From Octopus bimaculoides (lineage: Eukaryota): 64,000 nt of DNA. Within the stretch, counting starts at the first letter, position 1, and the number at the start of each line of letters is the position of its first letter. The notes beneath the pieces were generated by a model. It searched no databases and had not been told where the DNA came from. It saw nothing but the letters and a program-made list of their open reading frames with translations. The DNA lies in the NCBI RefSeq assembly GCF_001194135.2, contig NC_068987.1, positions 2,689,596 to 2,753,595 on the forward strand. The letters are read 5' to 3'. The position numbers were made by a program, and so were the translations under genes. This document shows, in pieces, positions 12,151 to 24,449 of the stretch.

Positions 12151-13191
12151 CAGAAACCATTAAGTCTGTTCACAGATAAAACCAGACAAAAGTAGAAAAA
12201 TCTTGCATCAACATCGTCTGTTGTTTTATTTTATTTTTATATTTATTTGTATTTTTATATTTAATTGATTCCCTAGTTTTTTTAGAGGGGAGGGGAAGAA
12301 GGGGGAAATAAATGTGGGTGTGGGNNNNNNNNNNNNNNNNNNNNNNNNNNNNNNNNNNNNNNNNNNNNNNNNNNNNNNNNNNNNNNNNNNNNNNNNNNNN
12401 NNNNNNNNNNNNNNNNNNNNNNNNNNNNNNNNNNNNNNNNNNNNNNNNNNNNNNNNNNNNNNNNNNNNNNNNNNNNNNNNNNNNNNNNNNNNNNNNNNNN
12501 NNNNNNNNNNNNNNNNNNNNNNNNNNNNNNNNNNNNNNNNNNNNNNNNNNNNNNNNNNNNNNNNNNNNNNNNNNNNNNNNNNNNNNNNNNNNNNNNNNNN
12601 NNNNNNNNNNNNNNNNNNNNNNNNNNNNNNNNNNNNNNNNNNNNNNNNNNNNNNNNNNNNNNNNNNNNNNNNNNNNNNNNNNNNNNNNNNNNNNNNNNNN
12701 NNNNNNNNNNNNNNNNNNNNNNNNNNNNNNNNNNNNNNNNNNNNNNNNNNNNNNNNNNNNNNNNNNNNNNNNNNNNNNNNNNNNNNNNNNNNNNNNNNNN
12801 NNNNNNNNNNNNNNNNNNNNNNNNNNNNNNNNNNNNNNNNNNNNNNNNNNNNNNNNNNNNNNNNNNNNNNNNNNNNNNNNNNNNNNNNNNNNNNNNNNNN
12901 NNNNNNNNNNNNNNNNNNNNNNNNNNNNNNNNNNNNNNNNNNNNNNNNNNNNNNNNNNNNNNNNNNNNNNNNNNNNNNNNNNNNNNNNNNNNNNNNNNNN
13001 NNNNNNNNNNNNNNNNTACATATGGGAAGTGAACAGTCCCCCACCCCTCGAAAAACATGGTCAATTAGCAGAGACTCCAGACTATAGAATCCACCCACCT
13101 CCAACCCCAGCCCCCACCTCCGATCTTTAGAGTTGTTAAAGAAGTGTGACTCAAGAAATTAATTTTACAGATGAAGAAACAAACTTTACAT

Positions 13192-13438
13192 CACTGTTTC
13201 CCCAACCCCTTTTTTTCTTTTTACTTCTGGATCCTTTTGGTTCCTTATTTTACTGAAATGGACCTTCACAGCCAATTTTGATACCGGAAAAAAAATTTTA
13301 TATTTTTGTATTTCAATTTTATTAGGAATTTTATTAAAAAATGTTAAAATATTTCGTTTATTGCAAATGTATAACAAACTTAGTGCATGTGAACTTTGGA
13401 CCCTTAAAGGTCATAAAGACCCTGGTTGAGAACCACTG
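13192..13438. mobile_element. hAT-type MITE
   Basis: Right end GGTTGAGAACCACTG, decayed left end CACTGTTTCCCCAACC. The flanking 8-mers CTTTACAT and CTTTGGAT match at 6/8, consistent with an 8-bp TSD. Confidence 0.7.
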
Positions 13439-14146
13439 CTTTGGATGTTGAAGAATGAATAAAATGGTTAACGTTCCTTAAATTCAACAGACTCCAGTCT
13501 GCACACTGGTCATGTTGGAATAAGGAAACGAAGGACAAATTCTTCACTTTGGGCTTGTCCCAGGACCCCAGAGGAACTTTGAGGATTCTAATGAGCAAAT
13601 ATAGAGATTCCAGTGGGAGAACGTTTTTAACTATAAAATTTAATCAACAGAGCATGTTAGATTTATTTTCATAATGTTAGTTTTAAATGATGTTGATGCT
13701 TAATTAATATTATTTGTTCGTTTAGTGTCTGTTTCTCCATGCTGGTAAGGTTTGGAGAAACAGACACTGGTAAGGTTTGGGATGAGGAATTATTCAAGAC
13801 AGGATTTCATGACTGGATGCTCTTCCTGTTACCAAACCATATCTATTTTCAAAGAATTATTCCAGAGATATTCAAAAGGTGAAAGAGACCCATCAGGTCA
13901 ACAAGGATTGTCATAAACATTACCATTACTTCTTTTGACAAGCATGGAATGTGGATATTTGTGCACACATGCACACAATCATTTAATATCTGTTTTCCAT
14001 GGTGGCATGGGTACACATATACAAAACAATAAGCTTCCTGCAGTTTCCATCAATCAAATTCCCTCTCAAGTTATTGGTTGGTCGCGGGACAACAGCAGAA
14101 AACAGCCAAGGTGCTGCTGCAGAGAGGAACCAAAGCCGAAAGCCAC

Positions 14147-14167
14147 GGGATTCCCCAGGGAATTTCC
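14147..14167. promoter_or_regulatory. Tandem NF-kB consensus sites (candidate)
   Basis: GGGATTCCCC (14147-14156) and GGGAATTTCC (14158-14167) both fit GGGRNNYYCC. Function unproven. Confidence 0.4.
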
Positions 14168-15361
14168 ATACTGGTCCCTGTTTTGGTTGTTGATGTTATG
14201 TAATAGTGTTGTAGAATAAGGGAAGAGTATATGTGATGGGGGGAGGAGGTACATTAAATTGGTGAAGTGGTAAAGAGGGGTAGAGGTAAGAGGTGAAGAA
14301 ACACCAGGAGGGAGGAAGGGACAGAAAGAATGAGAAGAGAGAGAGAGAGATGGNNNNNNNNNNNNNNNNNNNNNNNNNNNNNNNNNNNNNNNNNNNNNNN
14401 NNNNNNNNNNNNNNNNNNNNNNNNNNNNNNNNNNNNNNGGAGGGAGGGAGGGAGAGAAAGACAAACATAGATGATGTATTTAGATTGAGAGAGGGGGGGG
14501 GGACACACATAAAAAGAGGGGACACACACACAGAGTTAAAAGGAGATTCATGCACACACATACATAGAAGGATGGATGTACACATACACATAGACTGAGA
14601 GAGAGAGAAAGGGGGCATATAGATATATAGAGAGAGGGAAAGAGAGAGAAGGAGAGAGGACACACATATAGAGAGGGACAAAGAGAGACAAACATACACA
14701 CACACCTAAATGTAAAGAAACAAAGAGAGAGAGAGAAAAGGGGACAGAGATATACAGGGAGAGAGAGAGAAAGAGACAGAGATAGAACACAGGTACAACC
14801 TCACTCTTTATGCAAGTGAGTAGAAAGAGACAAAGAGACAGAAAGAGAGACAGAGATAGCAAGAGGGTGGTGGTGGTGGTGGGAGTAAGAATCAGTGATG
14901 GAGTTCCAGAATGATGGGATAAATTACTGTGAATGTTTAAAACGTTGAAAGCTGGAGTGAAATATGGTTTTGCTAATGAGTTTTCTAATGGTTGTTATAT
15001 CAAAATGCTTTAATTAGTGTCGGAGTCATTAACTCAAACATCCATCGTGAACACAAACTCTGAGTATAAAATAGAAATAGATGTTAATAAATTGTGTGAA
15101 GTTGGGAGATCAAAAGAGTTTGGAAATTGTAGACAGACAGTGACAGCTTCTTGCAGACATTACCATAATCTGAAGAGGTTGGCACCAAAGCTGAGCGCAT
15201 ATCCATAAATATATGTGTATGCATGTGCGCATAAACATTTACACACACACACACACACACACATTACAGATGTTTATATCTAAGAAACTGTCTAAAAAGT
15301 ATATTATATATACACATACAAGCATACAACAGACATGTCAGTATATATATATATATGTGTG

Positions 15362-15408
<47 letters not shown>

Positions 15409-15864
15409 ATGTATGCAAGTATGTGTATATATACATGTATGCATGTGTATGTATATATATATATATAAAAAGATGCATATATATGTACATATGTGTATGT
15501 GCATGTGTGTATGCATGTATGTATGTATTTATCGATGTTAATGCTTGTCTAACAAGTGAGACGAGTGAAGAGTCAGGCTTCACTCGTCTCTGATTATCCA
15601 CTTCTGAAGATGAATTCTTCAAAAAAAAACCATTTCCATTGAAGAATTAAAACTCAGGAGAAAGTTGAAACCTATCAAATTCTTCACAGACATGTTGTGT
15701 TTGCAAATGGAGACACACAGACATGTGTAAGATAAATAAATACATACATACGTATGTCTACAAATAGATGTGTTTTCTTGCAACATATTCCATAATTTTT
15801 AAGTCAATTACAGTAAACATGGTAGAGATGTGGCTTAGACATTAAATAACACAAATTATGTGTG

Positions 15865-16025
15865 CATGTGTGTGTGTGTGTGTATACAGCTTTGTATGCA
15901 TGGCTTTGTGTGCATATGTGTGTGTGTGTGTGTGTAGTTCTGTGTGTACAGTTTTGTATGCATGGTTTTGTGTGCATATGTGTGTGTGTGTGTGTGTACG
16001 GTTTTGTATGCATGGCTTTGTGTGT
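15865..16025. repeat. Compound minisatellite with core TTGTATGCATGGYTTTGTGTG, three copies separated by (TG)n
   Basis: The core recurs at about 15891, 15954 and 16003. Confidence 0.8.
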
Positions 16026-16028
16026 GTG

Positions 16029-16062
<34 letters not shown>

Positions 16063-16539
16063 CACGTGCAAGTATGGTTGTGTGTGTTGTGCACATAACC
16101 CACAGTTTGAAATTCCCATCAGTGACTTGCGCCAAGTTAACCCTCACAGTTCACCAAGTAAACACACCTGCATCATGAGACTGCAACAAGAACCACAACA
16201 TCATTGACTCACAGCACAACATGTAATCTCTGCAGTTCTACAGAGTCTGGAAGAGGTGGCGGGTGGGGAGAGAGTAGCAGAAAGAGAACAAGTCGGAGAA
16301 TGCTTCCAAAATTTAGAGGGGAACAACAAAAATATGAAATTAATCGTTGATCCAATAATAAAAAAAAAAAGATTTGATGAAAGCCCTTTATTAAATTGTG
16401 CAAAAATGGTTGTTATGTGGAAGGGAAGTTTGCTTTCTACACACACAAGGTTTCACCTATGACAATACCTTTTCAAAAATTGGATTGGCTGTGTAAAGCA
16501 AACAACAATGAAATAGAGATAATACAAAATAGTCAAGAT

Positions 16540-16830
16540 ACAACACAAATAAGACAGCACAGGTAAGACACATCACAGGTAAGATATATCACAGGTAAGA
16601 CAGAACACAAGTAAGACAGAACACGAGTAAGACAGAGCACAGGTAAGACAAAGTTAAGACAAAAGATAGTTAAGACTCAACACAAATCAAACAAAATACA
16701 GTTAAAATACAACACAGTCAAGACATGACTTATTTAAGACACAACATAGTTAAGACATGACTTATTTAAGACACAACATAGTTAAGACATGACTTATTTA
16801 AGACACAACATAGTTAAGACACGTTTAAGA
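16540..16830. repeat. 16-bp minisatellite grading into a 32-bp higher-order repeat
   Basis: CACAGGTAAGAC-type 16-mers at 16555-16655, then three exact copies of GACATGACTTATTTAAGACACAACATAGTTAA at 16722-16817. Confidence 0.92.
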
Positions 16831-17199
16831 CAGAGCACAAATTCTTTGGTAATTAATAAAAATATGTCACTTAGCTGAAGAGAAGCAAGAAAAAGTGAAG
16901 TGTTTACCTGCAAAGAGAGAAAAAGTAAATATATAAGATAAATATATAAGAAAAAACGAGAAGGCAGAGAGAGGGGGGAGGGAGGGAGAGAGGGGAAGTT
17001 ATGAGTTTATGTTTACAAGTTAGAGGTAAAAACTTCACAGCAGAAACAGTGGAGTTGTATATTATTCATTAGAAGTGGAAGCTTTCCACATCATTTCTGC
17101 AAGTTATCAATCTTCAGAGAAATAAAACCTACAGATTAATTTATACCCATAAATAATGTAAGGATTTAAGCAGTCTTAGACAGAACTGGTTAGAAATTT

Positions 17200-18400
17200 G
17201 GATTATAACCAACCAGTGGTAAAATCTCATTACAAATGGAGTGTGTGCTTAGAGTTACAAAGATTTCATACAATAATAGTTTTAAAATGTTTACATATTT
17301 TAACAAATTATCGCTGCACATCAAAAGGCTTGTTATTTTCACATGTGGGAAAACAAAACAAAACAACAAACACATGCAATGTTACAAGGGAGATTACTCA
17401 TACTAAACACTTAAACATTCAAAATTCCTTCAAGATAAAATTTTCTTTCATTCTGTGTAGCACAGAAAGCAGAAATGTTACTAGCCAGACGGTAATCTAA
17501 AATTGTACAGTAAAAACTTGCTGGGATATATACAAGAATTTACAAATTCAGACTTCTTATTTAGAATGGTAAAATTCTATAATAGAATATGAAGCATTTT
17601 CCCCCCTTTTCGGTAGGTTACATGTTTCCATACTATGCATATGTCTAAGAGAATGTATGATCAATGAGAGACCAATCAATCTTTAAGTCAATGATAATGT
17701 CCACGTCTAGATGGGTTTGGATAAGGCTGCATCACATTGTCTTTCAGTATGAATATGGACAGAATATTAATTTTCAAAAGATTCTCTGTAAGCTTATTGT
17801 TGTTTTGAACATTGGTAATGTCTGCAAGAGGGTGGTGGATAGACAGTTCTCATTAAATGAAAAGAAGGTAAGATTACTACATCAGTTTCTCAAAGAGGAA
17901 ATATTTGATAGAGGTAAGCAATGCTTTCCCTATTTTTACTGTGGATATTGTGAAGTTCATAATTTGGCAATAATTCAAATCTATATTTGGACACATGGGG
18001 CCCTGGTGGTTGTTGTCAGTTTAAGGGAGATAATCACTTCTAGATAAATCCTATGTATAATGTGATTTCATCCTTATTTGAAGTCATCAGCATTACAAGT
18101 ATAACTGCTGTCAGAAAAGATGCAATTATACACAGGTAAGAAATCTGCAGTTACACCAACCATACTATAAATTTAAATTTCTACCAGTAATTACTGGGGT
18201 ATTTGAAGACAGAACTAATTGTCTTGGTACCAGCCTTGGGAATATGACATTTCCCAAACCAGAGAGAACATACCTAATCAGAAGGTTATTGCTATAAGCT
18301 TTCAAAGGCACTGTCAGAATATGTAAAACATTAAGAAAGTTTCATAATTAATAAGATTCAGGTTATGCAATAACATCCATGCCTACAGCCTTATCTACAT
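17200..18400 (-). mobile_element. Heavily decayed CR1/L2/Jockey-group LINE reverse-transcriptase relic
   Basis: Minus-strand remnants in RT order: SAFESL/SNNLLIR, CNADDFK* (YADD-like, about 18078-18098), DIIIDLKIDW, TILDYRLASNI. Many stops and frameshifts. Confidence 0.65.
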
Positions 18401-18508
18401 CTGCTCATATATAAGCATTGGCGCATAAGTGTGAGTATTCATATATCTACATACATGCATACATATATACACACATACATATATTCATGCATACATACAC
18501 ACACATAC

Positions 18509-18842
18509 GTGGAATGTTAAAAGCACATCCGAGTGTGATCGTTGCCAGGGCCACGGATTGGCTCCCTTGCCAGTGACATGTGAAAAGCACCATTCGAGCA
18601 TGGTCATTGCAAGTGCCGCCTTACCATCACATGTGCCGGTGGCATGTGAAAAACACCTTTGAGCATGGTCGTTGCCAGAACCGCCTGACTGGCCCTCGTG
18701 CCGGTGGGACGTGAAAGCACCTACTACACTCTCGGGTTGGTTGGCGTTAGGAAGGGCATCCAGCTGTAGAAAATTTGCCAGATCAGATTGTGCCTGGTGC
18801 AGCCTTTGGCTTACCAGTCCTCAGTCAAACCGTCCAACCACA
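18509..18842 (+). mobile_element. RTE-LINE 3' UTR copy (family E) with internal tandem units
   Basis: Repeated GTG.CA.GTGAAAAGCACC units, then GTTGGCGTTAGGAAGGGCATCCAGCTGTAGAAA. Further copies at about 24035, 32670, 38915, 44190, 48895, 52780, 57350, 60487 and 61975. Confidence 0.85.
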
Positions 18843-18904
18843 CACATATATATACACACACATACACATATATACACGCATGTGAAATGGTGTATATATC
18901 AATG

Positions 18905-19060
18905 TTATTTAACCCCAGGTCAATCCTTACCAAGCATACAAAAGCCATTCCAACAATGACTACCTAAGACTATATCTTTTACTTTCTTCCAGTGGTAATG
19001 TAAAAAAGGAGATTTAGTCGCTATTTCTAGCAGACCAATCGACCACCTAGAGGATCTCTC
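18905..19060 (+). mobile_element. Interspersed repeat family D (unclassified)
   Basis: TTTA.CCCCAGGTCAA...CCA.CCATGACCA...GGGAGATTT.G..GCTATTTCTAGCAG. Related copies at about 20670-20830, 26935-27110 (minus), 28395-28480, 34335-34445, 37925-38030 (minus) and 46755-46850. Confidence 0.75.
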
Positions 19061-19564
19061 ATTCACTTATGGCTGCTGCTGTTGTTGTTGTTGTTGTTGT
19101 GTTGCTAAATCTCGATAAGGCAACACTTGACGAAGAGAAGGAAGCAGACCATTGAAGAAAAAGGATGTCAGCAGGTACTCTGAATGCTGCAGCTTGGGCT
19201 TATTACAATGGACTGGGAACAAGAGAGAATTGTTAATCACAACATCACAGCAACCTCAGCAACCCTGTCTGGGAATATGTGTCTGTACAGATATACTTGA
19301 CATCTGACAAGGAGAAGGAACTGTGCAGTTGATAAGATAACAGCCAGTAGTAGTAGTAGTAGTAGTAGTAGTAATGGTGGTAGTAGTAGTAGTGGTGGCA
19401 GCGTCGGCAGTAGTAGCAGGGTCGTGTATACTAACACCATGTATACTTTTAGTGGCATAGAGAAACACCTCCACACTTAGGGTGACTGTTGTATTAAGTC
19501 TAACACTGGAATATATATATATATACACACACACACACATATATATACATTTATAGGCGCAGGA

Positions 19565-20520
19565 GTGGCCCTTCTCTGAATGCATTCCAGGATGTCAGCG
19601 TGTGTAATAGCAGCACTACTGACCCCCGCTACATTGTAAGCCTCACTTCTGCCTTGTAGTGTATTAACTGTTAGGGGATGAAATAACCTCTTCTCCTAAA
19701 GAAAAGCCCTAGTTTTTGGTATGTGATCCTAGCTGTATCAAGGAGGTGCTTTTGTCATGAAAGATCTTTAATAATGGTAAGGCACAGCATTTGGAGTGAG
19801 CATGAGGGTCCCAGCTGTGTGCTGCTCGTATCTATAGTGGGTATGGCACCCTTATGTTTCTTCATTTGTGTAGGGTTTGAAGGCTTTTGCTGCTAAAATA
19901 GATAAGGTTGGCACTTCCCCACAAGACAATGGCCTCAAGGTCACTATTTATGGTTCCAAGAGGGTTTGTCATGTGATGGATGGTCTGAGTGTGGATGATA
20001 CACAGTTGGGAAGGGGGTTAAGGGCAAATGAAGGGTTTTGTCATTTGCATAAGAGTGGGTGTTGTTTTGGGGATGAGGTGGGGGCAAGAAGATTAGGGTT
20101 AGGGTTAGAAGAAAATGTGAGACAGGACTGAACCCTAGGGAATTGAGAGTGGGACAGAAAGGGCTATGTAGACCTGTTGCAATGATGCAACCAGATGGGA
20201 AGCTACTAATCCAAGGGATGGGAGATGGGTGGAACCCATAAATGAGAAGTTTTGGTAGGAAACTTGCATGCTAGACACATAGTCAAAGTTTTGAAGGTCA
20301 ACAATCATAGGTCAAAACATCAATTGTAACAGGGTGTAAAGGTCAAACACTTAAAGGTCAACAGGACCAAACAAATAGGGTCAGAGACTGTCATCTGAGG
20401 ATGTTTGAGTTGATATGTAAGAAGTTGGGAGCAGACAGACAGGAGTATCAGGACTTCAGGTGTGGTAAATGAAAATGGGAGTAATTAGCAGCAGGTGTAC
20501 ATGTGAAATGAAGTCAAAGA
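19565..20520 (-). mobile_element. Decayed L2/CR1/Jockey-group LINE RT region
   Basis: Minus strand in order: FDYV*HASFLPKLLIYGFHPS, SIP*GSVLSHIFF, HSYANDKTL (YADD-like, about 20031-20057), INSDLEAIVLWGSANL, YKAEVR, ADILECIQRRAT. Confidence 0.85.
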
Positions 20521-21284
20521 ACTGCTGAGGTTCTTTGACCAAGAGGTTGAGAGAGAGAGAGACAGACAGAGAGAGACAGAGAGAGAGAAAGAGAGAGAGA
20601 GACTTAACCTCTGTTGGCAGCAAAGAGTTTCTTTGAAGTGTTTAATGTTTTGTTGTTGTTGTTGTTGTTGTTGTCAGCCTCCGGATCAATCTAAGGAATT
20701 CTAGCCATGACCATCACGACATTTTTGTATGTATAAGAAAGTCAAGCCTACATTAACCATTATGTCCCGTTTTAGACTGGCAGGGTGTGATCAGAGGGAA
20801 ATTCTGTTGCTATTTCTAGCAACCACATCAAAGTTCCACTGGTGAGCCACAAAGCATCAGTTGAGATGACATGTGATGGTGATGACATGTGGACAAAGGA
20901 CATGTCTGGGGAGAAAGAGTGCCACATGATGGCTGGTATCTGTCGAAGAGGAAGACATAGGACAATGGGGTGGGAGGGGGAAGAGGAACGGCAGAGATGA
21001 GAACAGACTGGGGTGGAGGTGATATTTAGAAGAGACAACATTAAAACGATGAGGTTGATAACAGCATGTATGCATCAATAATCAATATAGGGTACCCACA
21101 GGTGACATTTATCAATATATATATCTTCTTATATGTGTATATGTGTATATATATATACATATATATATTATCAATATAGGGTAGCTGGAGACAAGAGGAG
21201 ATTGAACCTGGCAAAGAGTCATTGCAACAGTGTAGGAGACAAAAGATAAGATAATGTGAAAGTTGTTATATTATCTCAAACGCA

Positions 21285-21325
<41 letters not shown>

Positions 21326-21454
21326 ATAGGTATGTGTGTGTACGCATACATATGTGTACGTGTACAGTGACACACACATTAACACGTACATATGGAGAAG
21401 ACCCACCCATCCTAGAGAAAATGCACTCTAACATAAAGATAGTGATTAACACAG

Positions 21455-21685
21455 TGTAATGTGTGTAAATGTGTGTCTAAGTGAGTGTGCATGTGTGTGT
21501 GTGTGAGCGTGTGTGTGAGAGAGAGTGTGTGTGTGTGAGAAAGAGAGTGTGTATGTGTGTGAGAGAGAGAGGGAGAGAGAGAGAGTGTGTGTGTGTGTGT
21601 AAATGTGTGTCTGAGTGAGTGTGCATGTGTGTGTGTGTGAGCGTGTGTGAGAGAGAGTGTGTGTGTGTGAGAAAGAGAGTGTGTA

Positions 21686-21721
<36 letters not shown>

Positions 21722-22443
21722 TGTGTGTGTGTGTGTAAATGTGTGTCTGAGNNNNNNNNNNNNNNNNNNNNNNNNNNNNNNNNNNNNNNNNNNNNNNNNN
21801 NNNNNNNNNNNNNNNNNNNNNNNNNNNNNNNNNNNNNNNNNNNNNNNNNNNNNNNNNNNNNNNNNNNNNNNNNNNNNNNNNNNNNNNNNNNNNNNNNNNN
21901 NNNNNNNNNNNNNNNNNNNNNNNNNNNNNNNNNNNNNNNNNNNNNNNNNNNNNNNNNNNNNNNNNNNNNNNNNNNNNNNNNNNNNNNNNNNNNNNNNNNN
22001 NNNNNNNNNNNNNNNNNNNNNNNNNNNNNNNNNNNNNNNNNNNNNNNNNNNNNNNNNNNNNNNNNNNNNNNNNNNNNNNNNNNNNNNNNNNNNNNNNNNN
22101 NNNNNNNNNNNNNNNNNNNNNNNNNNNNNNNNNNNNNNNNNNNNNNNNNNNNNNNNNNNNNNNNNNNNNNNNNNNNNNNNNNNNNNNNNNNNNNNNNNNN
22201 NNNNNNNNNNNNNNNNNNNNNNNNNNNNNNNNNNNNNNNNNNAGTGTGTATGTGTGTGTGAGAGAGAGTGTGTGTGTGTGTGTGTGAGAAAGAGAGTGTG
22301 TATGTGTGTGTGTGTGAGAGAGAGAGTGTGTGTGTGAGAGAGAGAGTGTATGTGTGAGAGAGAGAGTGTGTGTGTAAATGTCTAAGTGTGTACGTGTGTA
22401 TGTGCATGAGAGAGAGAGAAAGAGAGTGTGTGTGTGTGTATAA

Positions 22444-22488
<45 letters not shown>

Positions 22489-22490
22489 TA
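21455..22490. repeat. ~130-bp higher-order compound (TG)/(GA) satellite spanning a gap
   Basis: TAAATGTGTGTCT.AGTGAGTGTGCATG...GAGAAAGAGAGTGTGTATG occurs twice before the gap, a third copy starts at its edge, and similar blocks continue after it. Confidence 0.7.
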
Positions 22491-24214
22491 CTGCTCTCCA
22501 TGAAACCAACCAGACCCTGCTAAACCATCCAATCCATGTCGGAGAGAAAGAAAGACCTGATAATGATGAAGAAGAAGATGACATATACATACAAATACAT
22601 ACATTTTTACACACACACACACACACACACAAGTAAACGAAATGACTGAGGAAGGAAGGTAACCAGGTCTGTTTTTGCAAGGAAAAGAGAGAGTTAAGTC
22701 AATCATAAATATATATATACATGTGTGTGTGTATGTATATATATATATATATATAAATATATATAAATATACATATATTTTATGTTCAGTTTTTATGTTC
22801 AGTTATAATAGAAACAATTTTACATTAATCTGAAGGGTTACTCTGTACTTTTGTAAAGTACAGATTTAATATTCTTAAAGAAGAATAGTACTGACAGTGA
22901 CTTCGAAGTTTCAGACAGTGTGTGTGAGTACATGTATGGAGATGATGCATGGCAGCAAGTATGGTGATGTGGAATGCAGAAAACAGACAAAGTATGGCAG
23001 TCTACATTTTACATGCTTCAATCATTGGACTGTGGCCATGCTGGGGTACTGACTTAAGTTTTAGTCAGACAAACCGACTCCCGTACTTTCATGAGCAAAA
23101 CACCCAAACCAGTAGGCCTCACACCTTCATATATTACATATACATATGTATATGTGTGTGTGTGTGTGTGTTTCATCATCATCATCATCATTTAACGTCC
23201 GCTTTCCATGCTAGCATGGGTTGTGTGTGTGTGTGTATATATATATATATGTATATACACACACACACACATGCACATACACAAACAAATACATACATAC
23301 AGAGAGTTATCACACAGTCTGTGTCTGCCCAAATTCCACTGACCAGTGGTCAACCTGAGGCCATGGTAGAAGATCTTTGCCCAAAGTGTTGTATAGTGGG
23401 ATTGAAATTGAAACCACCACCACCATCACCATCATTACCATGACAGCTACTACCACCACCATCATCACCATCACCATGTTCTGAAGCAACTGGTATTAAC
23501 GATTCCAGACCAGCCCCCACCCCACCCCCTGCTCCATCCAAGCCAGTAACACAACAGCAAAAGAAAATGAAGCACTTGACCTTCTGAGCTATCAGAGAAG
23601 ATAGGAAGACAAACGACAGGGACAGTAACGCCTCTGTGTTGTTATCAGAATGATGCCAATCTGTTGGTACAAAGTCAAACATGAAAAAGGTTGTTTACCT
23701 TTCAAAGGTCTCTGCAGATAGAGGGAAGGGAGAAAAATATAGGGGAACAACTAGAATTTACATCACTGATGAAGTCTCATAAGACTGGAACATGTCTACT
23801 ACCTTTCACCAGTGGCTTTTAAATGACACATCATCTGCTGATATCCTGCAACCTCCAATATTTTGATCAACTCATTTCATTGGAGTTATCTCCCTTTTAG
23901 ATTTCAGATTATCTCCTACACTAGGGGTTGTCAACCACTTTTTGCCTTTGATTCCTATTTCCCTTGAGCAGACCCTCATCACCATTCCATGTTTAAAACG
24001 TCCTATTACATTTTTATAATTAAATATTAAAGGCACCCATGCCGGTGACACCCTGGTGTCATGCAAATGGCACCATTGCCAATGACACGTAAAAGCACCC
24101 TGGTGTCACGCAAATGGGACCCGTGCCAGTGACACATAAAAGCAGAAAAAGGAAAGGTGGATTAGCTGGAGAATTACGAAGTAACATAGGCATTAATTTA
24201 ACATGAGAAAAAAA

Positions 24215-24348
24215 CATGGCTGTGTGGTAAGTAGCTTGCTTCCCAACCACATGGTTCAGGGTTCAGTCTCACTGCATGGCAACTCAAGCATGTGTCTTTT
24301 TCTATAGCCTTGGGCCAACCAAAGCCATGTGAGGGGATTTGGCAAAAT
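24215..24348 (+). mobile_element. SINE family A, 5' half
   Basis: CATGGCTGTGTGGTAAGTAGCTTGCTTCCCAACCACATGGTTCAGGGTTCAGTC... Confidence 0.85.
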
Positions 24349-24405
24349 GCCAGTCATGCTCACAAGGAACAGGGATTAAAGTATATATATATAGAGAGAG
24401 AGGGG

Positions 24406-24449
<44 letters not shown>

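Noticed and set aside
17664-18047. 127-aa plus-strand ORF
   Set aside because: It is the antisense shadow of the decayed LINE RT on the minus strand.
20090-20108. Interstitial telomeric TTAGGG repeats
   Set aside because: Only two units, lying inside the antisense of a LINE relic.
24215-24290. SINE heads as functional tRNA genes
   Set aside because: They have A/B boxes but no complete cloverleaf, and they continue into repeat bodies.
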